64,000 nt of DNA from NCBI GenBank assembly GCA_029259175.1, contig JAPDJH010000009.1:32001-96000 (forward strand), in the 5' to 3' direction. Positions 1-8,697 of this stretch are shown piece after piece. The notes beneath the pieces are model-generated. The model was given only the letters and a program-made list of their open reading frames with translations. It was not told where the DNA came from and searched no databases. Position 1 is the stretch's first letter. Each line of letters begins with the position of its first letter. This stretch comes from Hadesarchaea archaeon. Its GTDB lineage: Archaea > Hadarchaeota > Hadarchaeia > Hadarchaeales > Hadarchaeaceae. Made by a program: the position numbers and the translations under genes.

Positions 1-717
1 CTGGAGGAAGTACTCATTCGCGACCAGCAGATCCCATGGGCGTCCGATGTCAGCCCACAGGCTGAGGGGAGAGGTGTAAATCGAGCGCCCGCTCTTTATG
101 AGAATATTCATGGAGTCGGTCAGCTCGTACTCGCCGCGCTTCGAAGGCTTGGTGCGCCTGATGGCGTCGAAGATGGCCGGATGAAAGATGTAGACCCCAG
201 CGTTTGCGGTTCGGCTCCTGATCCGCCTCGGCTTCTCGACGAGCTTGACGACCTTGCCGTCGCGCACCGTGACTATGCCGAACTGCTCGGGCTGGTCGAC
301 CTCGATGACCGCCATGAGGCCGCCGAAATCCCCATTGTCTTTGACCTCCCCGTAACGCTTGAGAAAGATATCGAGAGACTCCTGGTCGAAGAGGGTGTCG
401 CCGTTGACCACCAGCGCGTGCTCTCCACCGACGAACTCCTCGGCGAGGGAAAGAGCGTCGGCGGTTCCACGCAGCTCCTTCTGTTCAAGGTAAGTGAGGT
501 GGAGCTCCATCTGCGAACCATCACCATAGCGCTCGATTATCTGCTCCTTGCCGAAACCGACGACGAGCGCGATCTCGCGGATTCCGGCGTTTTTAAGCAA
601 CAAAAGCACGTGGTCTAGGGCTGGCTTACCGGCAACGGGCAGAAGGAACTTGGGCTTGGTGAAGGTGAGGGGCCGCATTCGGGTTCCGAGGCCTGCGGCT
701 AAGACCACCGCTTTCAC
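1..717 (-). CDS. glmU: Sugar-1-phosphate nucleotidyltransferase (archaeal bifunctional GlmU-like), 3' end runs off the window
   Basis: Manual translation from GTG at 717: MKAVVLAAGLGTRMRPLT..KPK..PVAGKP, VEKP, GEYELTD, WADIGRPWDLLVANE. Not in the ORF track because it is truncated. Confidence 0.8.
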   Translation of the reverse strand, partial: MKAVVLAAGLGTRMRPLTFTKPKFLLPVAGKPALDHVLLLLKNAGIREIALVVGFGKEQIIERYGDGSQMELHLTYLEQKELRGTADALSLAEEFVGGEHALVVNGDTLFDQESLDIFLKRYGEVKDNGDFGGLMAVIEVDQPEQFGIVTVRDGKVVKLVEKPRRIRSRTANAGVYIFHPAIFDAIRRTKPSKRGEYELTDSMNILIKSGRSIYTSPLSLWADIGRPWDLLVANEYFLQ

Positions 718-776
718 GGATGTGCACCAAAAGGAATTGAAGGGGCTGTCTAATAAGGATGACCAGGCGAGCGAGG

Positions 777-889
777 TTGAAAAATTTTTCAAGTGCTCCA
801 TTGAAAATCGTTTCAACAAGGAGGTTAAAGAAAATTCAACGAATTAATGGATTTTTTCTCAAAAAACGCTTTTATAAGCGCTTTTTTGA
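777..889. promoter_or_regulatory. Tandem palindromic operators plus an inverted repeat around the TATA box in a divergent promoter region
   Basis: TTGAAAAATTTTTCAA (777-792, perfect palindrome); TTGAAAATCGTTTCAA (801-816); TCAAAAAACGCTTTTATAAGCGCTTTTTTGA (859-889) centred on TTTATAA. Confidence 0.6.
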
Positions 890-906
890 CCAAAAATGGT
901 GCACAC

Positions 907-2334
907 GTGTTCAGAACAATTGCAAAGATCTGGATTCTGGGGCTGATCTTGGCTTCGAGCGCCCTGCCCGCAGGCGGACAGCTCGAACGGAAGAACGTGG
1001 CGTTCGTTCAGGAGTTCGAGGGCTTCAAGCTCGTCGGACAGGTCGTGGATTCCGAAACAGGTGCGCCCATTCAGAGCGCGCTGATCAAGGCGGTGTTCAG
1101 CAACGGGCGAAAAGCGCTGAGCAGGAGCGACGCCCAGGGTCGGTTCGCGGTGGGCGTATGGGGAGAAGGGGAGACCTCGTACAGGTTGGAGATCTCGGCC
1201 CGGGGGTACGACTCCAAGACGACGGAGGGGAGAGTAGTACTACACACGGCCGGAACGCACGATGTGGGCCAAATCGGACTTCACTACCATCCCTTCGACC
1301 TCTCGCTCTCGGAGCAGAGCAGATCCCTGAGCAGGGAGCAGGGAGAGTCTTGGCCCAGCGTCGAGCTCACGGTCACCCTGGAGAACCGGAACGGGTACGA
1401 CAACGCAGTCGAGCTCGGGGTTGAGGCCCCGGAGGGCATCGAAGCTGAGTTCGAAAACGCCAGGCTGCGCTTCCGCTCCCCTGTCTCGACCGTGCTCACG
1501 CTGACTCCCGGGAGCGCGCTGAGCTCGGGAACCTACACGGTGACGGTTAAGGCGTGCGACGCGTGGGGCAGGCTCGCGGCCAGCGCCTCATGCACGCTCA
1601 CGCTCAGCACCCAAACCAAGCAAACGACCACGACGGGCGGATCCGGTGGCGGGTCGGGCTCCGGCGGCGGGTCGGACAGCTCCCCTCTGGTCATCAAGGT
1701 CGTGGACGCCGCGACCGGGAGCGGGATCTCGGGGGCGAGCGTGGTCCTGAAGCGGCAGGGGACGACCGAGGTGGTCGCGAGCGGGACGACCGGGCCGGAC
1801 GGGACGGTGGAGTTCACCCCGCCGCGCGTGTGGGTGGACGCGTTCGTGAGCAAGTCCGGGTGGGTGGCGTACAACGCGTCCAGGCAGGCCGTGAGCACCG
1901 TGCACACATACTTCTACGCGGGGAGCGGGACGCGCACCTTCTACCTCTCGAACATCGGGGTGATAACCGGGCTGAAGGCGGAGCACACCACCCTCACCTT
2001 CACCCAAGTGAACGAGACTAAGCAAACCACCCTGACGGTTCAGGGGGACTACTCGAAGTCGGTGGACACGACCTACGACGTGTACTATTACCAAACCTAC
2101 ACCCCGAGGGAGGCGGTCTACCACGTGTGGACCAAACCGACCTCGGTCTCGGGCTCCGGGCAGTCCTACACGTTCAAGGGGAAGTGTCTGGTCTGGCAGC
2201 CCCCGACGGGAATCAACTTCCACCCGGGGGCGCACGGGTCCAGGCGCGTGGCGTGGAACTACTGGGGGTCGAGCTGGGCCGGCGAGCCGGGGGCGCAGAC
2301 GACGGTGACGCTGAGGCAGAAGGAAGGATACTAA
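907..2334 (+). CDS. Secreted/surface protein with two carboxypeptidase-regulatory (Cna-B-like) beta-sandwich domains and a Thr/Gly/Ser linker
   Basis: Signal-peptide-like N-terminus from GTG 907; GQVVDSETGAPIQSA and KVVDAATGSGISGASV repeats; TTTTGGSGGGSGSGGGS linker. Confidence 0.65.
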   Translation: MFRTIAKIWILGLILASSALPAGGQLERKNVAFVQEFEGFKLVGQVVDSETGAPIQSALIKAVFSNGRKALSRSDAQGRFAVGVWGEGETSYRLEISARGYDSKTTEGRVVLHTAGTHDVGQIGLHYHPFDLSLSEQSRSLSREQGESWPSVELTVTLENRNGYDNAVELGVEAPEGIEAEFENARLRFRSPVSTVLTLTPGSALSSGTYTVTVKACDAWGRLAASASCTLTLSTQTKQTTTTGGSGGGSGSGGGSDSSPLVIKVVDAATGSGISGASVVLKRQGTTEVVASGTTGPDGTVEFTPPRVWVDAFVSKSGWVAYNASRQAVSTVHTYFYAGSGTRTFYLSNIGVITGLKAEHTTLTFTQVNETKQTTLTVQGDYSKSVDTTYDVYYYQTYTPREAVYHVWTKPTSVSGSGQSYTFKGKCLVWQPPTGINFHPGAHGSRRVAWNYWGSSWAGEPGAQTTVTLRQKEGY

Positions 2335-3545
2335 ACCATTCGGTCAACAAATGTGTAACCATTGAGTGGAACATTCTCAAATTCTTCGTAAAATTTCTCG
2401 ATTAAATTCCAAGATTCATTGTCAAATTCACTAAGCTGAATCAAAACTTTAGTTGCGCCAATTCGTCCGGCTCCTGGTCCACCATGGGCTATGAGCGGAC
2501 TCCCGTTCTCCTCCGGCTTCAGCGGGCGCACCCAGCGGTTCTCGCTCGGGATCCACCCGTAGCCCTCCGTCGCGTAGTCCCCGATCCGCACCTGGTTCTC
2601 GTTCTCCTCCGGGGCCAGGAAAACCCCCTCCAGCACCACGGTCTCGCCGGGCTCCAAGGAACCGAGCGGGTGCCCCTCCTCGTCCAAGGTCGAAATCAGG
2701 GCTTTCGCCATTATGTTCTCGTCCTGGTATGGCTCCTCGACTGTCTTGAAGCGCAGAAACCTGGTTCCCTGTGTAATGACCCAGCGCCCGTTCTCGAACC
2801 GCTTTTCCAAGACTGTCTCATCTCCGCGCTCGATAGCAAGCCTCAACCATACCAGTCTGCTGTAGCGGTTGTTGCCGAGTTCGTTCGGATAGGTGGCCCA
2901 AACGGATGGACGCTCCCAGTAGAGAACGAGCGCCACTTCGTTTTCCTCGAGCCGGTACTCATACGCGTCCTCGTCGTACCAAGCCACGAACTCCCAGCGC
3001 TCCCCAGAGTAGACCTCCCGGAGGTGCTCCGCCTCCTCCGTGCCTTTAACTTTCCAACTCCACATCTGACTTCCCGGCCCAAACCTGTTGTCTGGAATTC
3101 CAACTGAGTAGTACCCAACGTGGGGCCAAGGGAGGTCGAGTTCAAGGCCGCTCAGCACCGGGTCCCCCTCCTCGCCCGCGTACGTGAACGCGCTCACGAA
3201 GTGGAAGGGCACCCAGCCCTCGGGGACGTTCTCGGGGGCGGAGACGGGGGCCGGCTCCCAGCCCGGGATCCCTGCTCCCGCGCTCCACCACACCCAGAGC
3301 GCACCCGCGAGCGCGCACGCCGTCGCGACCGCCGCGCTCCGCTTCGGAGTTCCCGGGCCGAACCCCGCGCTCGCAAACCAGGCGATTCCCAGGACGGCCG
3401 CGGCCTGGGCCCACCGCGGGAGCTCCCCGAACCCCGGGACGAGCGGGAGGAGGAAAAAGGCCGCGAGCCCGGCGACCGCGAAGATCACCGCCACCAAGAA
3501 CACAGCCGCGACGCGCCAGTTCACGGCAGACCCCTCCTCAACCAC
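2331..3545 (-). CDS. Hypothetical membrane protein (3 N-terminal TM segments, large soluble domain)
   Basis: 404-aa ORF with hydrophobic N-terminal segments; stop overlaps the convergent gene. Confidence 0.6.
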   Translation of the reverse strand: MVEEGSAVNWRVAAVFLVAVIFAVAGLAAFFLLPLVPGFGELPRWAQAAAVLGIAWFASAGFGPGTPKRSAAVATACALAGALWVWWSAGAGIPGWEPAPVSAPENVPEGWVPFHFVSAFTYAGEEGDPVLSGLELDLPWPHVGYYSVGIPDNRFGPGSQMWSWKVKGTEEAEHLREVYSGERWEFVAWYDEDAYEYRLEENEVALVLYWERPSVWATYPNELGNNRYSRLVWLRLAIERGDETVLEKRFENGRWVITQGTRFLRFKTVEEPYQDENIMAKALISTLDEEGHPLGSLEPGETVVLEGVFLAPEENENQVRIGDYATEGYGWIPSENRWVRPLKPEENGSPLIAHGGPGAGRIGATKVLIQLSEFDNESWNLIEKFYEEFENVPLNGYTFVDRMV

Positions 3546-4630
3546 TCTCTGAAGAAAACGTCGTGTATCCTGCCCTCATCAAGCACCCCTTTGTGCTCAA
3601 GCGATTTAACCACGCGCTGTACGTGGGACTGCGTTTTCAGCCCGTACCGCTCCACGAAATCGCTGGAGAAAATCGATACGCCCTCTTCCGCCGCAAGCCC
3701 CCTCAAAAATCTCCGCTGGAGCGGCGTCAGGTGATCCATCAGGTCCAAGTAGTTCTTCTGCTCGTGTGCTATGATCCTGTCGACGGCTTCCCGCACCTGA
3801 GACTCGCCCGTAACCTTTCTCGAGCTGAACCAGAGCTCGTAGCAGAGCTGCTGGGTGTAGTACGGGTGGCCGCCCGTCAAATCCAGTATGGCGTCCAGCG
3901 CCTCATCGCTTATCCGCCCGCCGGTCTTCTCGAACTTGTTGGCGATGAACTGCTTGAACTCCTGCCTGGGGATGGGGCCGAGCTCCATGGGCTTGCTGAA
4001 CCTGTAGAAAGGCCTGCTCTCATCACTGAACATGCGTGTCAGGATGTGACGCTTGCTCCCCATGAACACGTACGTGACGTTTCTGTGGCGCTGGAACTTC
4101 GACCTCATCAGCTTCTCGATAGCAGTCCCATTCAGATCGGACACGTCTTGGAATTCGTCGAACGCGAGCACCATGCGTCTGCCCTTCTTGCCCGCGAAGC
4201 TCTCTGCGAAATCGAGGGCTTCCCCGAGTTCCTCGTCGGTAATGTCTCTGGCCATCTCGAGCTTGACGTTCCCTTCCGGCGTGAAAACCACGCTGACCCT
4301 CAGACTCTTGAAGAACCCGGGCAGCTCGAGCACTGCCCTCTTTAACCTGTCCAGTTTGGTGTAGGCCGAGTTCACGATCGTCTCGATGATCCTTGTGGCC
4401 AGCGCGCGTTTTGAGTCCACGGCCGACACGTCAACCCGGGCGTGGTAGACATCCTTTCCCAACCGCGAGAACAGTTCCTCGACCAGCGAGCTCTTCCCCA
4501 TCAGCCGCGGTGAGTAGAGAACCACGCTTTTTCCAGACAGCAGGTCGCGTTTCAGCTCCTCGAGTTCCCGCTTCCGGTTGACAAAGTTCGCCCCCGTAAC
4601 AATGGGCCCGTAAACGAACGGATTCCTCAT
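3521..4630 (-). CDS. Archaeal ATPase (ATPase_2 / AAA family) with C-terminal wHTH
   Basis: NPFVYG..FVNRKREL, Walker A PRLMGKSS, Walker B LAFDEFQ, TGGHPYY. Confidence 0.85.
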   Translation of the reverse strand: MRNPFVYGPIVTGANFVNRKRELEELKRDLLSGKSVVLYSPRLMGKSSLVEELFSRLGKDVYHARVDVSAVDSKRALATRIIETIVNSAYTKLDRLKRAVLELPGFFKSLRVSVVFTPEGNVKLEMARDITDEELGEALDFAESFAGKKGRRMVLAFDEFQDVSDLNGTAIEKLMRSKFQRHRNVTYVFMGSKRHILTRMFSDESRPFYRFSKPMELGPIPRQEFKQFIANKFEKTGGRISDEALDAILDLTGGHPYYTQQLCYELWFSSRKVTGESQVREAVDRIIAHEQKNYLDLMDHLTPLQRRFLRGLAAEEGVSIFSSDFVERYGLKTQSHVQRVVKSLEHKGVLDEGRIHDVFFREWLRRGLP

Positions 4631-4632
4631 TT

Positions 4633-4681
4633 TATACACTTCTGTATAATACGGATGTGTATAGGAATATTTATACTTTTT
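4633..4681 (-). promoter_or_regulatory. TATA box and 31-bp imperfect palindrome upstream of the ATPase
   Basis: TATACACTTCTGTA-TAA-TACGGATGTGTATA (12 of 14 arm positions match); minus-strand AAAAAGTATAAATA. Confidence 0.55.
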
Positions 4682-4960
4682 GGTCTAGTGGTCGTCTTGC
4701 GCCTCCAAAAGCTGGACCAACTCGAGAAGTTCTACGAGCGGCCAAATCCGGTGGGCGGTATCATAGCTGAGAGGAACCCGCGGTCTCAATAACCGGAAAG
4801 GTTTTGCACGCGCCCTCCATCCCCGCCAACAAAGCGCCCGCGCCTGCCAAGTGGTCAGAACAGCAGAAAGGAGCTTTGATCCTGACCGTCACCCTAGAGA
4901 ACCACAACGGGTGCGACTACTAGCCAAAACCGCCGACTCTTCAGCCGGAACGGTGCCGCA

Positions 4961-6310
4961 TCACTTCTTTTTTACCACACTCTCCACCACGCCCGCCGCC
5001 CTGCGCAGCAATTCTTTCGCACCCGCCTCGTCTTCGGCTTCGGCGGTTACCCTGATATACGGCTCCGTGCCCGAGGGCCTGACGAGCACCCATCCGCTCT
5101 CAGCATCAACCCGCACGCCGTCCGCCGTCGAAATCTCCCCCTTCGCCTCCCGCGGCAGGAGCTCCTCAACCTTTCGCATGACCTCTCCTTTTCGCTCGTT
5201 CGGGCACGCGATCTTTTCCCTCAGCGTCACATAGTCGGGCAGCTCGTCGACCAGCTCAGATAGCTTGCGCCCCGTCGACTCCAGCAGCTCCACCACCTTC
5301 AGAGCGGCGAGCGGGCCATCGGGCGCCAGATGAACCTCCGGAAAGATCCACGAACCGCTGGGCTCGCCTCCGAACACCGCCCTGTGCTCGACCACCGCCT
5401 GCGCCACTGCCACGTCACCAACCCGAACGCGAACAACGCGGCCTCCCCGCTCCTCGACCGCGTCTTCCACGACCCTCGAGGCGTCGACCGTGGTAACCAC
5501 CACGTCGCCCGGCTTTTTAACCTGAAAAGCGGCCATCAAAGCCAGCAACTTATCGCCCACAAACCTTCCCTTCTCGTCAACGGCACCGATGCGATCGGCA
5601 TCCCCGTCGTGGGCCAGACCCACACCAACTCCCAGCTCCCGCACCGTTTTCGCCAAAACCTGCAAGTTTTTCTCATTCGGCTCCAGCCCACGCGCGGGAA
5701 ACAGCCCATCGGGATTGGAGTTCAACGCGATGACCTTGCACCCTCGCTCCCTCAGCAGCTGCGGAGTGACGACCGACGCCGCCCCATTGCCGCAGTCCAC
5801 CACCACCGTGAGCGTACTCTCGAACCCCACCCTTTCAGCCATAACTTGCTCGTACCGCGAGAGCAAGTCGATTTCTCTACATGTCCCGATCTCGTCCCAG
5901 CCGACCGTCCGCCACCGGCGCCCAAAATAGAGCTCCTCAATCTTCTCCTCCTCAGCCGGTGTGTAGGCCATCCCGTCCCGATTCCAGCATTTCAGGCCGT
6001 TGTACTCAGGGGGATTGTGGGACGCCGTTATCATGGCGCCCGACTTGGCCCCCACGAGCTTCGTCCCCAGCGCGAGGACGGGGGTGGGAACCATGCCTGC
6101 TAGCGCAACATCGCACCCCCCTGACAGCAAGCCAGCTACGAGCGCGTTCTCGAGCACCGGACCGGATAGCCTCGGGTCGCGGCCAACGACCACCGTCCCA
6201 GAATTGCCAAGAACGGTCGCAATAACTCGGCCCAAATCCGCAAACAGCTCTGGCGTGATCTCCTTTCCAAATATCCCCCGAACACCGGACGTTCCGAAAA
6301 GCTTTCCCAC
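4961..6310 (-). CDS. glmM: Phosphoglucosamine mutase / phosphomannomutase
   Basis: LFGTSGVRG, ITASHNPPEYNG, DGDADR, RPSGTEP; start at GTG 6310. Confidence 0.9.
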   Translation of the reverse strand: MGKLFGTSGVRGIFGKEITPELFADLGRVIATVLGNSGTVVVGRDPRLSGPVLENALVAGLLSGGCDVALAGMVPTPVLALGTKLVGAKSGAMITASHNPPEYNGLKCWNRDGMAYTPAEEEKIEELYFGRRWRTVGWDEIGTCREIDLLSRYEQVMAERVGFESTLTVVVDCGNGAASVVTPQLLRERGCKVIALNSNPDGLFPARGLEPNEKNLQVLAKTVRELGVGVGLAHDGDADRIGAVDEKGRFVGDKLLALMAAFQVKKPGDVVVTTVDASRVVEDAVEERGGRVVRVRVGDVAVAQAVVEHRAVFGGEPSGSWIFPEVHLAPDGPLAALKVVELLESTGRKLSELVDELPDYVTLREKIACPNERKGEVMRKVEELLPREAKGEISTADGVRVDAESGWVLVRPSGTEPYIRVTAEAEDEAGAKELLRRAAGVVESVVKKK

Positions 6311-6323
6311 CCACTGGCCTCCT

Positions 6324-6932
6324 TCACGAAGCTGAACCCGGACGGGCAAGCAACTTGCTCTTGTAGACCTCCACTCGCCGAATCGGGTGAAAGCGCTTGG
6401 CCTCCTTGTAGATGTCCGCAGCGAGCTTCCCGAGCACCATCTCCTGTACAAACTGGTCGAAGTTGCGCTCGCGTGCTTTCGCCGTCACGACCTCCCGGAT
6501 GGCCTTGCGTATCTGCTTGACCTTCGAGCTCTGAGCGCGTCCGAGCGTTATCGCCATGGCAGTCACGCGCAGCGTGTACCCGTCTTTCGTGGTCACCGTG
6601 GTTATGTCCTCAGCCTTTCTGCTCCTGCGCCTGATCTGACTCTTCACGTAATCGCGAGCCATTTCGTGCCCAACAAAATCCGTTTTTGCGTTCGTGTCAT
6701 CCACCGTTCTGATTTGAAAGTATAGCTTGATGTGCGACTTGGAAAAGTCGTTTATCAGATCGCCCAGAGTCGTCTCGAAAACCCTCCCGATGAGGTGCTG
6801 AGGATCGGACGCCGGGGTCTCCCCTATAGGGGTATTGCCGAACATGGAGGGCGCCAGCACCTCGTACCATGCCTTCTCACGCCAGCTCTTGACCCTCTTC
6901 CGTCTTTCTGCAGCCGACGCCATCTCAACCAC
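6324..6932 (-). CDS. rps3ae: 30S ribosomal protein S3Ae (eS1)
   Basis: KAWYEVLAP..F, GRVFETTLGDL, IRRVEVYK. Confidence 0.95.
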   Translation of the reverse strand: MVEMASAAERRKRVKSWREKAWYEVLAPSMFGNTPIGETPASDPQHLIGRVFETTLGDLINDFSKSHIKLYFQIRTVDDTNAKTDFVGHEMARDYVKSQIRRRSRKAEDITTVTTKDGYTLRVTAMAITLGRAQSSKVKQIRKAIREVVTAKARERNFDQFVQEMVLGKLAADIYKEAKRFHPIRRVEVYKSKLLARPGSAS

Positions 6933-8415
6933 CCATTTGCCTGATTTTCTGACGGACGAGTTCGGGCCACGCCTCCATTTCCAATCCGTGCTGAGCCAAG
7001 AATCCCACGACCCAGCGGCTCGTCCCGAAACCGCAGCAGCCCGTCCACATCTCTCTCCCCTTCGCTTCCTTAATCTTAAAGCTCTCGGTGAACTTGGTGC
7101 GGTGAACGTTGTAAGAGCCTATCTCGAGCCAATCCTTTTTGTACGGGAGCCAGACCTCGAGATCGTACGTGGCGACTTTGCGCGGGTCTGTGCTCGTCTC
7201 GCGTGTTCCCTCCCGCATGTAGAAGGGGGTCGCTTCCGTGACCCTCCACTCTATCTCCAAGTCATCGAGAATCTCTATACTGTGATCCAACACCTTGCCC
7301 CTCAGCTCCGCCACATCGTCCGGGCTTCCCAGCATCACAAACTCAATACGCCTGAACTCTTGGGTCCGGATCAATCCCTCCACGCCGCCGCCCTCCCAGC
7401 GGTAGGTCCACCCGCTGCGGTCGAACTGTTTGATCGGCGTCTGCTCAAGCGAAACGACCTTCCTCGAGAACTGCTGGTAGAAGGGCTCGCACTGCGCCGG
7501 GGCCAGCACATACGCCGGGTCCTTAAGAACCTTCCTCAGTTCATCCGCAGAAATCCTCTTCATCAGCTTGAGCTGCCGTTTGAAATTCTCAAAGCTCTCT
7601 GGATCGCGGGGCGGCGGAGAAACGTAGTACATGCCCTCCGGAACGCCATCGAGATATCCGGGCATTCGCTGCATCACCTCCAGCGGAATCAGCTTCGGAA
7701 ACATCACCTCCTCGAACCCCAACGGTCTTGCCACGCGCTCGATGATGATCTCCTCCAAAGCGCGAAGCAAAGCAGTATAGGGGTGTAAGTAAATCCACTG
7801 CCCGCGGCCGGGGAACTCCACGATCCAGCCCCGCTTCACTGCCTCCTCGAACGGATCGGTGGTGAACCGGTGCTCCCTGGGTTTGCTTTGCCTCACGACC
7901 ACGATTTCTTCCTTGGCCTGCACAACGGAGGGCTGCAACAGTTGCTCCACTGAGGACACCAGCCGATCGACCATCCGCCCGCGAATATCGGTCTCGGAGA
8001 GATCTGTGAGTCGCAGGATAATCTGGCCACCAGAAATCTCACACCCAAGCTTTCGGAGTTCTGGCTCGACCGATGACGGGATCTCGCCAACCGAAAACAC
8101 TATGGTATAAGTGGGTGCCCCGATCTCCCTCAGACCTATCCGGTGGGCCCGACCGAGCTCGCTGGAAAGGGCCTTGCCAATCCGCAACAGGGCATCGTGG
8201 GCCCGCACGTATCTGCCGGACTCTATCCACACGCGAAGCTTGTTGCCCTCGATCTCCCATCTCCTCAGCCGAGCCGCTTCGTCCTCCTTGCCCTTGGGAG
8301 CGCCCTTCACCAACAGCTGTTTTGAATCTTCGAACACGCTCTTGACACGATCCGCCACGGCCGAGAGATCACGGCTGAAACCGAGCACGCCCTCTAGCTC
8401 AAACTTCACTTCCAC
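6925..8415 (-). CDS. serS: Seryl-tRNA synthetase, methanogenic (type 2)
   Basis: SGRYVRAHDALLR, PAQCEPFY, WTYRWEGGG, EFRRIE, TGCCGFG. Confidence 0.9.
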   Translation of the reverse strand: MEVKFELEGVLGFSRDLSAVADRVKSVFEDSKQLLVKGAPKGKEDEAARLRRWEIEGNKLRVWIESGRYVRAHDALLRIGKALSSELGRAHRIGLREIGAPTYTIVFSVGEIPSSVEPELRKLGCEISGGQIILRLTDLSETDIRGRMVDRLVSSVEQLLQPSVVQAKEEIVVVRQSKPREHRFTTDPFEEAVKRGWIVEFPGRGQWIYLHPYTALLRALEEIIIERVARPLGFEEVMFPKLIPLEVMQRMPGYLDGVPEGMYYVSPPPRDPESFENFKRQLKLMKRISADELRKVLKDPAYVLAPAQCEPFYQQFSRKVVSLEQTPIKQFDRSGWTYRWEGGGVEGLIRTQEFRRIEFVMLGSPDDVAELRGKVLDHSIEILDDLEIEWRVTEATPFYMREGTRETSTDPRKVATYDLEVWLPYKKDWLEIGSYNVHRTKFTESFKIKEAKGREMWTGCCGFGTSRWVVGFLAQHGLEMEAWPELVRQKIRQMGG

Positions 8416-8433
8416 TCTTCCGCCTCCTTCCCA

Positions 8434-8688
8434 TCAATCCTTGTGGTTTTTTTCCTTCAAAACGTTCTCAGCTGCTTGGGTGCAAGCAAGCAGATCGTCC
8501 AGTGTATTCAGAAGGGTCTCCACCCGACCATCGAATTCGATTTCTGTTCTCACGGTGCTTCCCCGCTGTTCAGTGCTGACTCGAAAGCCCGGTGGTAGCC
8601 CCTCGTTATCGGGAGCCACCGCGCGCGCTATCGCTCGGGCCACGCGCTTGTTCTCATAAACACCGACCACTGTGGCTTTGATCCGCAT
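8434..8688 (-). CDS. pcc1: KEOPS subunit Pcc1-like
   Basis: 84 aa, AVAPDN, TLLNTLDDLL; conserved position upstream of serS/rps3ae. Confidence 0.8.
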   Translation of the reverse strand: MRIKATVVGVYENKRVARAIARAVAPDNEGLPPGFRVSTEQRGSTVRTEIEFDGRVETLLNTLDDLLACTQAAENVLKEKNHKD

Positions 8689-8697
8689 AACAATGCC

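Noticed and set aside
181-618. Plus-strand 145-aa ORF and the many other antisense or alternate-frame ORFs in the track (e.g. 6835-7788, 34661-35815)
   Set aside because: They are shadows of well-supported genes on the other strand or frame and have no motifs of their own
2331-3545. Diversity-generating retroelement target
   Set aside because: No reverse transcriptase and no template/variable repeat pair seen in the window
4836-4849. 14-bp match GCCCGCGCCTGCCA to the reverse complement of 43972-43985
   Set aside because: A GC-rich 14-mer match can arise by chance in 64 kb and the flanks do not align convincingly
6311-6451. Long N-terminal extensions in the ORF track (glmM, aspS, DHH, MFS, NuoC-like)
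   Set aside because: They overlap neighbouring genes; downstream starts match the family N-termini
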